From Bacteroidota bacterium (GTDB taxonomy: Bacteria; Bacteroidota; Bacteroidia; Bacteroidales; FEN-979), in assembly GCA_026391355.1 (NCBI GenBank), contig JAPLDH010000033.1:4505-68504 (forward strand): a stretch of DNA of 64,000 nt. The letters are read 5' to 3'. A program made the position numbers and the translations under genes. Under the pieces are notes generated by a model that saw nothing but the letters and a program-made list of their open reading frames with translations, was not told where the DNA came from and searched no databases. This document shows, one piece after another, positions 46,010 through 56,065 of this stretch (its first letter is position 1; every line of letters starts with the position of its first letter).

Positions 46010-48367
46010 TTATTTTTCTATGACAATCCGCTGGTTAACAGTGGAATTTCCAAAAGTGAGACGAACGATATATATACCTCTGCCAATACTTGACAGCGAA
46101 ATTTCTTTTTCATTCTCACCTTTTAAAAGGCCAAACTGTTTCTCCATAACTATTTTACCTATGAAATCAATCAGTGTGAATTGAACTGATCTGGATTCCC
46201 TGGAATCAAGTTTGATAAAAATCCTGTTCGTTGCCGGATTTGGATACATGGTTATGGATGTGATACCATTCTCCTCAATTCCAATTGTGTTCAGCGTAGT
46301 AAATGACCATACTGCACTCCATGCACTGGTATCAGCTGCTCCCCCGGTGCCTGCAAACTCACGCATCCTCCAATAGTATGTTTTGAGTGGTAATAATTTC
46401 TTCAACACCTGGTATTTAACCTCAGTTGATGTTGGTTTTACTGAAACAATTGGATTGGTGAAGGCAGTGGTAGAGTCTAATTGTAATTGATATTGTTCAA
46501 TCCCCGTTTGTTTATTCCATTCCAGCAACGGTTTTAAATCTACATTTGTAGCTTCGTTTGCGGGTGACTTAAGAATGACTGAATTGTAAGTAGTGAAGTT
46601 AAAAGGAATACTCCAGTTTGATGTGTCTGAAATGTGTCTTGCACTCACTTTCCAGTAATATTTTGTACCAAATCCCAGATAGGCAGCGGGAATACCCATT
46701 GTGTCAATTTCAGAAGCAAAAACGAGATCAGTGAAGCCTATATCCCTGGCAATCTGATAACGGTAAGCCAGGATACCTGTAATCTTGGTCCATTGCAAAA
46801 TGACATCAAGGGTTTGATTAACAGCATTATTAATAGGTGTTGACAGGGTTGGAGCCGCAAGCACCCTGAAGTTCCAGGGTGTACCGGCTGTAGTCGTAAT
46901 AATAATGGTACCACCTTTACCCACAGCAGTTCCCGTATTTACATTGATAAAACTGATTGAGTTCAGGTCATTTGAAACACCCGATACAAGCGGGAACCAG
47001 TAAAGACCCCCGTTGATCGTTTTTAACAAGGTACCATTTGCTCCTGCAATATATCCGTTTTTGGAATCAGGCAGATATACTGCCATAAGATCATTTGTAG
47101 TGCCCGACGGAATTGTTGTCCAGGTAGTACCCCCATTTGTCGTTCTCAGGATCGTTCCTGTTTTTCCAACAGCAATCCCATAAGTGAGGGAATTGAAATA
47201 AACACACGTAAGGTCCTTTGTTGTACCACTGGTTTGTGCTTGCCAGTTTGATGCAGTATCAGAAGTTGTAAGGATGGTCCCTGCAACACCAACAGTGAAT
47301 CCTGTGGCTGGTTTTGGAAAATGGATGGAGAGCAGTGCATTGGTCGTTCCTGAAGTTTTTGCTGTCCAGGTTGTATCGGCATTAACAGTTTTAAGGATTA
47401 TTCCATTATCTCCTACCGCAACACCAACATTTGCAGAGATAACATAAACTGAGTGCAGATTCTGGGTAACTCCGCTTGTCAATGTGGACCAGGCTGAACC
47501 TTTACCCTTGAGAATCGTACCTGCATCTCCGACTGCAAGACCTAATGAGGTATTGAAAAAATGAAGACCATTGAGATTGTTGGTAGTCCCGCTTGTTTGA
47601 CTTGCCCAGGTTGTTCCACTGTTTGTAGTTTTCAGAATTGTGCCTGATTTGCCAATGGCATAACCGGTATTGGCATCAATCATTTGATTTTTATTCAAAT
47701 CGTTCGCTGTTAAACTTTTCTGTTTCACCCAAACATAAGGAAACCCGGATGAACCGGTTGAATGCCTGGCTTTAACCCGCCAATAATAACTCGTACCAAA
47801 ACGAAGATTCTGGTTGGTAAATGAAAATGTACTGCTGTTTACACTCCCACTCACGAGTAAAGGACTTGTGAACATCGTGGTCGTATCAATCTGGTAATCG
47901 TAGTTTGTAACTCCTGTAATCGCTACATTGGAAATGGTAGAGTTCCAGGTAATTGTGGCATTTGGATTTTGTGCAGTATCATTTAATGCGGGTTTATTGA
48001 ATTCAAGTGAATTGAAAACAGTAAACGACCTTACCGGCGACCAGTAAGAAGTGTCTCCGTTATCAATTGCCCGCACTTTCCAATAATACATAACCCCAAA
48101 CATCAGGTTCCGGGTTTTATAACCGGCCAATAATGTCTGAATGGTATCAACTTTCAAGGTGGAGGAAAAAGTTGAAGACGTATCCAAAACAACTTCATAT
48201 TGAAGATTTAAACTTCCCGTTATTGCATACCAGGAGAGAGAAACATTTGGCATCTGGTTTATTGCACCATTATCAGGCGCTTTAGGGATAGGTGTATAAA
48301 CCCTTTGCTGAGCCATGATGCTATATACAGCGATCAACAGGAAGAACGTAATAAAGTATTTTTTCAT
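46010..48367 (-). CDS. T9SS type A cargo: four FN3-like domains, a 7-blade YCF48/BNR-type propeller and a CTD
   Basis: Signal peptide; YYW(K/R) repeats; seven W-x3-SG(T/V)T-x2-L...AVG..GTIL.T repeats; YPNP...GIYIVRL CTD. Confidence 0.88.
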   Translation of the reverse strand: MKKYFITFFLLIAVYSIMAQQRVYTPIPKAPDNGAINQMPNVSLSWYAITGSLNLQYEVVLDTSSTFSSTLKVDTIQTLLAGYKTRNLMFGVMYYWKVRAIDNGDTSYWSPVRSFTVFNSLEFNKPALNDTAQNPNATITWNSTISNVAITGVTNYDYQIDTTTMFTSPLLVSGSVNSSTFSFTNQNLRFGTSYYWRVKARHSTGSSGFPYVWVKQKSLTANDLNKNQMIDANTGYAIGKSGTILKTTNSGTTWASQTSGTTNNLNGLHFFNTSLGLAVGDAGTILKGKGSAWSTLTSGVTQNLHSVYVISANVGVAVGDNGIILKTVNADTTWTAKTSGTTNALLSIHFPKPATGFTVGVAGTILTTSDTASNWQAQTSGTTKDLTCVYFNSLTYGIAVGKTGTILRTTNGGTTWTTIPSGTTNDLMAVYLPDSKNGYIAGANGTLLKTINGGLYWFPLVSGVSNDLNSISFINVNTGTAVGKGGTIIITTTAGTPWNFRVLAAPTLSTPINNAVNQTLDVILQWTKITGILAYRYQIARDIGFTDLVFASEIDTMGIPAAYLGFGTKYYWKVSARHISDTSNWSIPFNFTTYNSVILKSPANEATNVDLKPLLEWNKQTGIEQYQLQLDSTTAFTNPIVSVKPTSTEVKYQVLKKLLPLKTYYWRMREFAGTGGAADTSAWSAVWSFTTLNTIGIEENGITSITMYPNPATNRIFIKLDSRESRSVQFTLIDFIGKIVMEKQFGLLKGENEKEISLSSIGRGIYIVRLTFGNSTVNQRIVIEK

Positions 48368-48428
48368 ATTATGCAGTTTTATGATAACTCTTCGATTGTT
48401 CTCTATTCATTAATAATTCTTGAAAACT

Positions 48429-51257
48429 TTATTTTATTTTAACCACCTTGCCAAGGCTGTTATTGATACGGATGATATAGGTTCCATCCGGCAATGTTCC
48501 CAGGTTCAGTTTTAGGCTATGGTCTCCTGCCTGCTGATTGCCGAAAGATATAGTTTGAAGCAGGTTTCCGGTAAGGTCAAACACGTTTGCTGTTACATTC
48601 GCAGGTTTTTCCACTGTATAGGAAACTGTTATCATATTCCTTGCAGGATTTGGTTGTATTTGAATTTCTCCGCTTGTAGCATTAACAACTGGTCCCGGAT
48701 CAATTCCAAGTGGTGAATAATAAGTTGTATCCATGAAAAATCCACGGCCATAAGTCGATAGATAAATAACCCCATAATTTTCAATTGGATAATAATTAAT
48801 GGTTTGCTGCTTTATCTGGGTGACCGGTACATTGCCAATCCCTGTGTTGGTTGCCGTCCAAACAGGATCTGTAGCAGAAATATCGTCAGTTGAGTAAACA
48901 CCAAAATCAGTTCCTAAAAGGACCCTGTTATGATTATTAACTTCAATCAATCCTGAATAGACCGGCATGAATGGTAAATTGCCTTGTACCGGACGGAATG
49001 TCGGTAGTGAATCGAGGGCATTTTCTGTTATGTAGACATAATTGTCATTACCATAGTTACCAAGTGTTACCAACATTAGATTATCATTGTCGGGGGAGAT
49101 CTTTACTGAAGTTATATAACGGTTCAGCAGGAATGGAAATACGGTTCCATCAAATGCTTCTGTTGCCACAATACAGGTCGGATTGTTAACATCAGCCGTT
49201 GCAGAATCATGTGCAAGGGCAAGATTGGATACCCGGTAAAGATTTCCGTTTCCTGCCCCAACCCACATATAATTTCCATCTTTTGAAACATCTATACAAG
49301 TTATTGCATCATTTCCACCATGGGTAGTACTTGCCACCTTAAACCACTTTGGATCAACAGAAAACCTGAGAGCATCCTTTGTCATAAAAATTCCTTCCTT
49401 GGAATCAGAACCTCCGAATCCTCCAAAAATATAGAACCTCGACTGAACAATGTCCTTGACCATAATGCTGTCTCCCAATGGAATTGAGTCAGGAGTAATA
49501 TATGTAAATGGAAATTTTGAATTCTTGCTTTCAATAATAATTGTAGAATTTGCAGAAACAGCATGGTCGCGGGCATAAAATTTTACAGAATCCCGGCTCG
49601 TTTCGAAGTTAAAGTTTTCATATAGATAAATCGGTATATACGGTACCTTCATCGTAGCAATTGAATCGGCTCCTGAACCAAGAAATGTAGGAGAAACCGT
49701 GACTCCAAGGTTTTCACTACGATAGAATGGAGGATTCTCAGGCGTTTTGGAAAAAATAATTATGGCAGGATCGATCATTGACCAGGCACAATTGCCACCT
49801 GTACCATTATAAACCTGGGTCCCGTTCATCGGTTCATTGACCTGGTAAGGGCCTATGATCTGTGTTCCTATGCTCATCCCACCACCCATCACGTAATTTT
49901 TCAATCTTCCAATGGCAATTGAATTGAACTGAGAAGTATTGTAATTTTTTATAACTGTCTGAAAATAAATAACATCAGGCAGAACGTGGCCAATGGTTAT
50001 ACCACCATCGGACGCGATGGCAAATTCAGTAGGGTCATTTGGATTGAACAGATAATTATGATGATTATACGGAACATACATTGGAAATAATGGTGAGAAA
50101 AAGCCAAATGATACTTGTTCCCAGCTATAATTTCCAGATTCAGCATATTTCTTTCCATGCCACATATTTTCACCTCCTACTAAAAGTTCATCGGGGTTAT
50201 TGGGAAATACAACCAGGGTATTGGTGTAGCAACCATTGGAGAAAAATGGTTCAAACGTGGAATTAGCAGGGAAAATGATAGTCCAGGTTAAGCCCTTATC
50301 GCCAGATTTGTAAACATTTAATAATTTTTTATCACCATTCAGAACAGTGGCATACATCACATTGGCATCGGAAGGAGCAATGGCAAATTCAATCCCTCCG
50401 ACCAGAGCAGGGGCAGGAAGAGTTGTGTCTGTTCCGGTTGATATATTGACCAGGTTATTCAGGTCACCGGCAACAGCAAGATATGCTGTGTTATCTACAA
50501 CGGCAAGAATCGATCCCTCTGGTCCAATTTCAACTTCAGTTGCATTGCCGGTCAGAATGGTTGTCCAGTCATCTCCGTTATCGGAATATTTTAATCCGGT
50601 ATTAGTGGCTGCAAAAATTCGTGAATTCAGTTTGTTTATGGCAAGTTTGGTGATGTAAGCCCAATCTGAAGTAACGTCATTGAAAACCGGTTGAGTACTG
50701 GTTATTGACTGAAAATTTTCACCATCGGTTGAACGATACAACCCGGTACCGATATTCTGATTATTTCCGCAATAAGTTTCTCCGGTACCCGCATAAATAG
50801 TCCCATTGGCAGTCTGAACCAGTGAGGTAACCCGTAATACTTCATTACTCTGGGTATTTTGTTGGTGCCAGGTAAGTCCATTATTTGTTGATTTCCAAAT
50901 ACCTCCGGTTACAGCACCCGCATATATTGCTCCGGAAGCATTCTTATTGTCATACAATATTGCACGCGTTCTCCCTGCAGCATTGTTTGGCCCGATCTCG
51001 ATCCAGTTCAGATTCAGGCCGGAAGTACTTTTAGTGCTGTTCAAATGCTGAATCTGTTCTTTCGCTTTTAAAATATCCCTGGGATCAAGCTTGCCGCTAA
51101 GCTGATTACATTTCATTCTGTATAATTGATCATCGGAAGGATTGGCAGGGTTGTTGAGAACCCCGGAATTCCCGGCCAATGCTGACCATGATGAGAAAAG
51201 AAATGCAAAACCAACAGATAGTGTAAGTAAGCCAAATGGTAAAAATCTATTTTTCAT
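48429..51257 (-). CDS. T9SS type A cargo: BNR/Asp-box beta-propeller protein (sortilin/GH74-like fold)
   Basis: W.EIGPNN.AGRTRA, GGIWKSTNNGLTW, STDG, TYGRG; PNP...GTYIIRI CTD. Confidence 0.85.
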   Translation of the reverse strand: MKNRFLPFGLLTLSVGFAFLFSSWSALAGNSGVLNNPANPSDDQLYRMKCNQLSGKLDPRDILKAKEQIQHLNSTKSTSGLNLNWIEIGPNNAAGRTRAILYDNKNASGAIYAGAVTGGIWKSTNNGLTWHQQNTQSNEVLRVTSLVQTANGTIYAGTGETYCGNNQNIGTGLYRSTDGENFQSITSTQPVFNDVTSDWAYITKLAINKLNSRIFAATNTGLKYSDNGDDWTTILTGNATEVEIGPEGSILAVVDNTAYLAVAGDLNNLVNISTGTDTTLPAPALVGGIEFAIAPSDANVMYATVLNGDKKLLNVYKSGDKGLTWTIIFPANSTFEPFFSNGCYTNTLVVFPNNPDELLVGGENMWHGKKYAESGNYSWEQVSFGFFSPLFPMYVPYNHHNYLFNPNDPTEFAIASDGGITIGHVLPDVIYFQTVIKNYNTSQFNSIAIGRLKNYVMGGGMSIGTQIIGPYQVNEPMNGTQVYNGTGGNCAWSMIDPAIIIFSKTPENPPFYRSENLGVTVSPTFLGSGADSIATMKVPYIPIYLYENFNFETSRDSVKFYARDHAVSANSTIIIESKNSKFPFTYITPDSIPLGDSIMVKDIVQSRFYIFGGFGGSDSKEGIFMTKDALRFSVDPKWFKVASTTHGGNDAITCIDVSKDGNYMWVGAGNGNLYRVSNLALAHDSATADVNNPTCIVATEAFDGTVFPFLLNRYITSVKISPDNDNLMLVTLGNYGNDNYVYITENALDSLPTFRPVQGNLPFMPVYSGLIEVNNHNRVLLGTDFGVYSTDDISATDPVWTATNTGIGNVPVTQIKQQTINYYPIENYGVIYLSTYGRGFFMDTTYYSPLGIDPGPVVNATSGEIQIQPNPARNMITVSYTVEKPANVTANVFDLTGNLLQTISFGNQQAGDHSLKLNLGTLPDGTYIIRINNSLGKVVKIK

Positions 51258-51349
51258 ACTGTTTGATTTAATAATTAACTCCTTTTACGATATGCAAACG
51301 CAGGAAAATCAAGATAAATAAATTTAAATACGGATTACAATTAATCCAA

Positions 51350-51380
51350 CAAATATAAAGGAAAATCTTAATTCTGCAAA
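51350..51380 (-). promoter_or_regulatory. Promoter for the T9SS cargo pair
   Basis: TTTG (51377-51380), 19 nt spacer, TATATTTG (51350-51357) on the minus strand. Confidence 0.75.
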
Positions 51381-51393
51381 AAAAAACAGAAAT

Positions 51394-52149
51394 TTAGATT
51401 CGCTCCAATGTGGATAGAGGAAGCCAGCCAACACTACCATTCGCAATCCTTATTTCGTACCAGATACCGATCTGGTCGATCAACTGCACTTTGGTTCCTT
51501 CATGAAGGACAAACAGGTCAATGCTTTTATCGTCGGGAGAGCTTTTAATTGTTACGGTAGGAGTAAAAATGATCGCCTCATCCTGACTTTGGATTACCTG
51601 ATAATTTTGGTAAGCAAACAGAAAAGAAAAAAATGACAATACAAAAAGAGTAATCCCTAACCAGAATCCTGTCTTTCTGATAAACAAAACTCTTGAAATA
51701 AAATAGAAAGCAGCACACACGAGCGACAAAATGAAAATCCCTACACCAACCTTTGCCCAAACATCTGCTGAGCATTGGGTGACTAGTGAATGGTACCATC
51801 GTTTATAGAACAATTCCGGAATTGGCTCAATTTTGTCGGCAATTTTTCCATTTGCAACTTTCAGATTGAAAGTGTAATCAGGATTCCCTGGATCATGCTT
51901 TATTGCTTTTTCATAATAGAGTATGGCTGAAGTAAAATCATTCATCTTATAGCTGGTGTTGCCGATATTATAATATAGATCGGCTGATTCATACCCGCTC
52001 TTCAGCACCTGTTTATATAAGTCAAGTGCATTGTTGTATAATCCATCCGCGTAAGCTTTATTTGCCTGAGAAATAATAGCCTGATTATCAATAGCAAAAA
52101 TAAATGTACAAAAAAACAACAATCCGGATATCAATACCACTCTTTTCAT
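51394..52149 (-). CDS. batE: BatE (TPR + TM + SH3)
   Basis: LYYNIGN TPR, LHEGTKV SH3; operon position. Confidence 0.9.
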   Translation of the reverse strand: MKRVVLISGLLFFCTFIFAIDNQAIISQANKAYADGLYNNALDLYKQVLKSGYESADLYYNIGNTSYKMNDFTSAILYYEKAIKHDPGNPDYTFNLKVANGKIADKIEPIPELFYKRWYHSLVTQCSADVWAKVGVGIFILSLVCAAFYFISRVLFIRKTGFWLGITLFVLSFFSFLFAYQNYQVIQSQDEAIIFTPTVTIKSSPDDKSIDLFVLHEGTKVQLIDQIGIWYEIRIANGSVGWLPLSTLERI

Positions 52150-52238
52150 ATTTCCATTTTCATTTCATAGAAGGCAAATTTATTCCACAGGCTATTAAAG
52201 GATCTCCAATCTTGTTATCTTCCTGGAAATTTTGAAAA

Positions 52239-54113
52239 TTACCTGAGTTCTCTTTCACTTTTAGTAATTACATCCAATGCTTCATTATAAATTTTATCCA
52301 TGATGATGGATTTTTCTCCAGGAGCAAACCTGGCAAACTCAGTATTATTAAGCGTTTCAATGAATTGCCTGGTAATTTCTTCATTGACATTCCTGGATGA
52401 CAACGCCTGGGACACAGAATCCATGGACAGTTCAGAAAGCGGAATACTGAATTTATCACTCAGATAGCCCCAAACAGCCTGTGAAATTTCCTCGTAGAAC
52501 TCCTGTTCCCTGTTTGCTTTAAGTGAATTTTGCGCTTTTTTTAACCGTTTCCTGGCAACCTTTGTGGCCTTCCTGTTTTTCATAAGCAGCAAATCACTCC
52601 GTTTTTCAGTTTGCTTCCTCCAGATGATGATCAGCGTCATAAACAGCAACACCGGAATCAGCAATGACAGGTAGAAAACCAGAGAGCCAAAATAATAAAC
52701 ACCGATTTTAGTCAACCGGATCGATTGATTTTTAATAAAACGGATATCACTGCCAATGTATTTAATTTCCTCCTTCCCTTGCCCGGAATAAGTGACAGTT
52801 TGGGATTCTCCGGTTCCTTTTTCAACGTCAAAGACATATTCCGGACTGGTAAGGGTTATATACTTTTTCCTGTTCAGATCAAAATAGGAGAAACTGATCG
52901 GTTTGATCTTAAATTTCCCTGGTTTTCTGGGCACAACAAGGTATTCAAAAGTCTGGCTCCCGGTTATACCAGATGAAGTGGTTTTAATATCGCTTGAGAC
53001 CTTAGGATCATATGCATCAAAATCCGGAGGGAAACCAACATTCATCTTATCGACAAGTTGGATATTGCCTTCCCCTGAAACCACGCATTTCAGGTTGATG
53101 GGGTCATTGGTCTTGAGATGGGTTTTATCCACTTCTGTTCTAAAAGTAAAACTTCCAACGGCTCCGCTGAAATCTGCCGGTTTATCATTGCCTGGTAAAG
53201 GCCGGACATTGATTACCACCGGGTTTGATTTAAGGTTTTTCTCAACCGATGCAACTGAATTGTTGAAAAAAGGATCGTTGAAAAAGTCATCAAAGAAAGG
53301 ATCACCTGATCGCTGTCGTGATTGCTTTTTAAGCTGGGCAATACATTCAACCTCAAGTGGATCAATAACAAGTCTGCCACTCTTAAGCGGGAAAAGGACG
53401 ATCTTGCGGATATCGGCAACTACATATGGTTGTCCGTCAATTGTTTGATTATACTGATTGAATTTCTCGTTTTCCTTGGAAAGGTTCTGAGACCAAAATC
53501 CGGGGAAAGAGGAGATTTTGTTAATGGTAATCTGCTGGATAGGAACTTTTGTGAATAGTTTATAGGTTACTATTATTCCTTCTCCCTGAATTGGATTGGC
53601 CTCGCTGACCAATGCTTTCAGATATACATCATTTGAACCCATCTGGACAGCGCCTCCCTGATTCTGTGAAGAACCTCCACCGGTATTGTTTCTTTGGGGA
53701 GATGAAGGATTTTGCCCGTAAGTCGATCCTTTAACGACTTTAATGCTAATTGGATTCGAATGAAATACTTTGTTATTCACAGAAATGGCAGCAGCAGGAA
53801 TGGTAAAACTACCCTCCTTAACTGCCTGAAGAATAAATGTATATGAATTAGAAACCGTCATGGAGGTGCGCCCGTTGATCATTCGGATGTTAGAGGAAGT
53901 AGAGGAATTGGGACCGGAAATAATACTAAAATTACTCAGATTAGGCCCTTTGAAATTTAAACCCTGTGCATTGACAGAATAAATTAAGCTAAAGCTCTCC
54001 CCTATTGCAACCTCTTGTTTTGCAGAGCCGGTAAATTCGATATCCTGTGCGATTACCGCTCTGATTGACAGATAGATCAATGCAACAATGATGTTAACAA
54101 TTTTCCACGACAT
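52239..54113 (-). CDS. batD: BatD
   Basis: Ig-like Bat repeats, DPFFDDFF, FSGAVG, FARFAP. Confidence 0.9.
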   Translation of the reverse strand: MSWKIVNIIVALIYLSIRAVIAQDIEFTGSAKQEVAIGESFSLIYSVNAQGLNFKGPNLSNFSIISGPNSSTSSNIRMINGRTSMTVSNSYTFILQAVKEGSFTIPAAAISVNNKVFHSNPISIKVVKGSTYGQNPSSPQRNNTGGGSSQNQGGAVQMGSNDVYLKALVSEANPIQGEGIIVTYKLFTKVPIQQITINKISSFPGFWSQNLSKENEKFNQYNQTIDGQPYVVADIRKIVLFPLKSGRLVIDPLEVECIAQLKKQSRQRSGDPFFDDFFNDPFFNNSVASVEKNLKSNPVVINVRPLPGNDKPADFSGAVGSFTFRTEVDKTHLKTNDPINLKCVVSGEGNIQLVDKMNVGFPPDFDAYDPKVSSDIKTTSSGITGSQTFEYLVVPRKPGKFKIKPISFSYFDLNRKKYITLTSPEYVFDVEKGTGESQTVTYSGQGKEEIKYIGSDIRFIKNQSIRLTKIGVYYFGSLVFYLSLLIPVLLFMTLIIIWRKQTEKRSDLLLMKNRKATKVARKRLKKAQNSLKANREQEFYEEISQAVWGYLSDKFSIPLSELSMDSVSQALSSRNVNEEITRQFIETLNNTEFARFAPGEKSIIMDKIYNEALDVITKSERELR

Positions 54114-54213
54114 ACGATCAGTTCCTATTATTTCTTTCCAGTGTCATACGACCTTGTTTATATTATCATTATTCCCTTCATTCATGCTTCTATAGTCCGT
54201 GAAGGCATATTTA

Positions 54214-54954
54214 TTACCAGTCTTTCTCTATTACAATCTGGCTGGAGGTGTGTTTTTCCTTATTCAGCTTGGCAAGTGTCTTCTTCTCATTATTTTTCAG
54301 GGCTTCCAGCATCCTGTCAGCATCTTCTTTACTGATTTTCTTATTCTGGTCCTGCTGATTTTTATTCTGGGCCTGCTCCTTGTTTTGCTGCTCCTTGTTC
54401 TGATCTTTTTTATCTTTCTTATCCTGATTATCCTGATTTTTTTTATTTTTCTCGTTCTGTTGCTGCTGTTCCTTCTGTTTCCTTAACATCTGCCGCGCAT
54501 ATTCGAGATTATACTTAGTATCCTTATCAGAGGGATTCTTCAATAAAGAATTTTCATAAGCTTCAACACTTTTTTCATATTGTTTTGATTCAAGAAATGT
54601 GTTGCCCAGATTATGCAGTGCATTGGACTGAATCTTTTTATCCGGATTTGATTCTGCCAGTGAACCAAAAATACGGGAGGATTCATCCCAGTTTTGCTGT
54701 TTATATAATGATGTGCCCAGGTTAAACTGACCTTTATATGAATCCTTTTTCAATTCAATCGCTTTTCTATAATCCAATTCTGCTTCCTTATATTTACCCT
54801 GGTCATACTTTTGATTACCCTGCCGCAGCAGGTGATATTCTTTCTGGGCAACAGAGGATGAAGTGAAAACCATCAAAATTGAGCATGTCATGATTGTGAA
54901 ATGGAATCTGAACGTGCGCTGAAGGAACTGAAGAAACCTGTATTCTGCCGTCAT
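54214..54954 (-). CDS. batC: BatC (TPR + Q/N/K/D-rich tail)
   Basis: TPRs, DTKYNL, low-complexity tail, C-terminal EKDW; start uncertain (54954 or 54891). Confidence 0.88.
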   Translation of the reverse strand: MTAEYRFLQFLQRTFRFHFTIMTCSILMVFTSSSVAQKEYHLLRQGNQKYDQGKYKEAELDYRKAIELKKDSYKGQFNLGTSLYKQQNWDESSRIFGSLAESNPDKKIQSNALHNLGNTFLESKQYEKSVEAYENSLLKNPSDKDTKYNLEYARQMLRKQKEQQQQNEKNKKNQDNQDKKDKKDQNKEQQNKEQAQNKNQQDQNKKISKEDADRMLEALKNNEKKTLAKLNKEKHTSSQIVIEKDW

Positions 54955-54984
54955 TAATTTATTTATTATAATTACATATATCAA

Positions 54985-56022
54985 TCAGATAATTTCTTTT
55001 TCAAATGGCTTGAACTTACTAAACCATTGATTTTTGCGATCATACACAAACAGTTCAAAGATAAGAAAAATAAGGCTGAACGCAATAAAGTACTGAAAAC
55101 GATCTTCGTAATCAGAAAATTGCTTGGTCTCAATCTCCACTTTCTGGATTTTATTAATATCATCAAATATCTTTTCAAGCCCTGTAGATGAATTATTTGC
55201 CCTTACGTATATGCCTTTTCCGACGGAAGCAATTTGTTGCAGGATAGTTTCATCCAGTTTACTTATTATTGTAGTACCATCCCTGTCTTTTTTAAACCCC
55301 GTTTGGACATCACCATTGTACACGGGTATCGGTGCGCCTTCCGGAAGTCCCATTCCAATGGTGTATGTTACAATTCCGGTTTTGCCGGAAGCTTCAACCT
55401 GTTCCAGAACTCCACCCTGGTGATCTTCTCCATCGGTAATGATCACGATGGCTTTACTCCGGTTACTCTGGCCAAAAGTCCCCATAGCTTTTTCAATTGC
55501 GTCGGAGATTGCGGTTCCCTGAACCGGGACACTGTTGGTATTGACAGTTGCGAGCATCAATTTGGCAGCCGTATAATCGCTGGTAATGGGGAGTTGGATA
55601 TATGCTTTCCCTGCAAAGAGGATCATTCCGATGCGGTCTCCTTCCAAACGGTCGATCAACCTGGAAATATCCTGTTTTGCTCTCTCCAGTCTGCTGGGTT
55701 TAATATCCATGGCAAGCATACTATTTGAAACATCAAGGGCAAATACCAGGTCTATTCCTTTACGATGTACTTTTTCCAGTTTGGATCCTGTTTGAGGTTC
55801 AGCCATGGCAATGACGATGAAAGCATATGCAATCATCAGAAGGATGAACTTGAACACCGGCTTTCCTGTCGAATAATCAGGCATCAGCTGTTGGAAAACC
55901 GTTCGTTCTCCAAAAGCTGCAAGTTTCCTTTTTCTCCAGATGAGAAACAAAACCAGCATCGTTACCAGAACCGGAATGAGCAGCAAAAGGTAGAAATAAT
56001 ATATATGTGCAAACCTGAACAT
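54985..56022 (-). CDS. batB: BatB (vWA domain)
   Basis: DVSNSM MIDAS, LPITSDY, TDGEDH. Confidence 0.93.
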   Translation of the reverse strand: MFRFAHIYYFYLLLLIPVLVTMLVLFLIWRKRKLAAFGERTVFQQLMPDYSTGKPVFKFILLMIAYAFIVIAMAEPQTGSKLEKVHRKGIDLVFALDVSNSMLAMDIKPSRLERAKQDISRLIDRLEGDRIGMILFAGKAYIQLPITSDYTAAKLMLATVNTNSVPVQGTAISDAIEKAMGTFGQSNRSKAIVIITDGEDHQGGVLEQVEASGKTGIVTYTIGMGLPEGAPIPVYNGDVQTGFKKDRDGTTIISKLDETILQQIASVGKGIYVRANNSSTGLEKIFDDINKIQKVEIETKQFSDYEDRFQYFIAFSLIFLIFELFVYDRKNQWFSKFKPFEKEII

Positions 56023-56065
56023 GAAGTGAGATCAAATTGTCAATAAATGAATGATTAAAATCGTT

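Noticed and set aside
46877-47731. Photosystem II assembly factor Ycf48, or a DNA repeat array
   Set aside because: These are degenerate protein-level propeller repeats in a T9SS protein, with no photosynthesis genes nearby.
54340-54485. Low-complexity repeat and antisense hydrophobic ORF 54199-54486
   Set aside because: This is the normal Q/N/K/D-rich BatC tail; the antisense ORF is its shadow.
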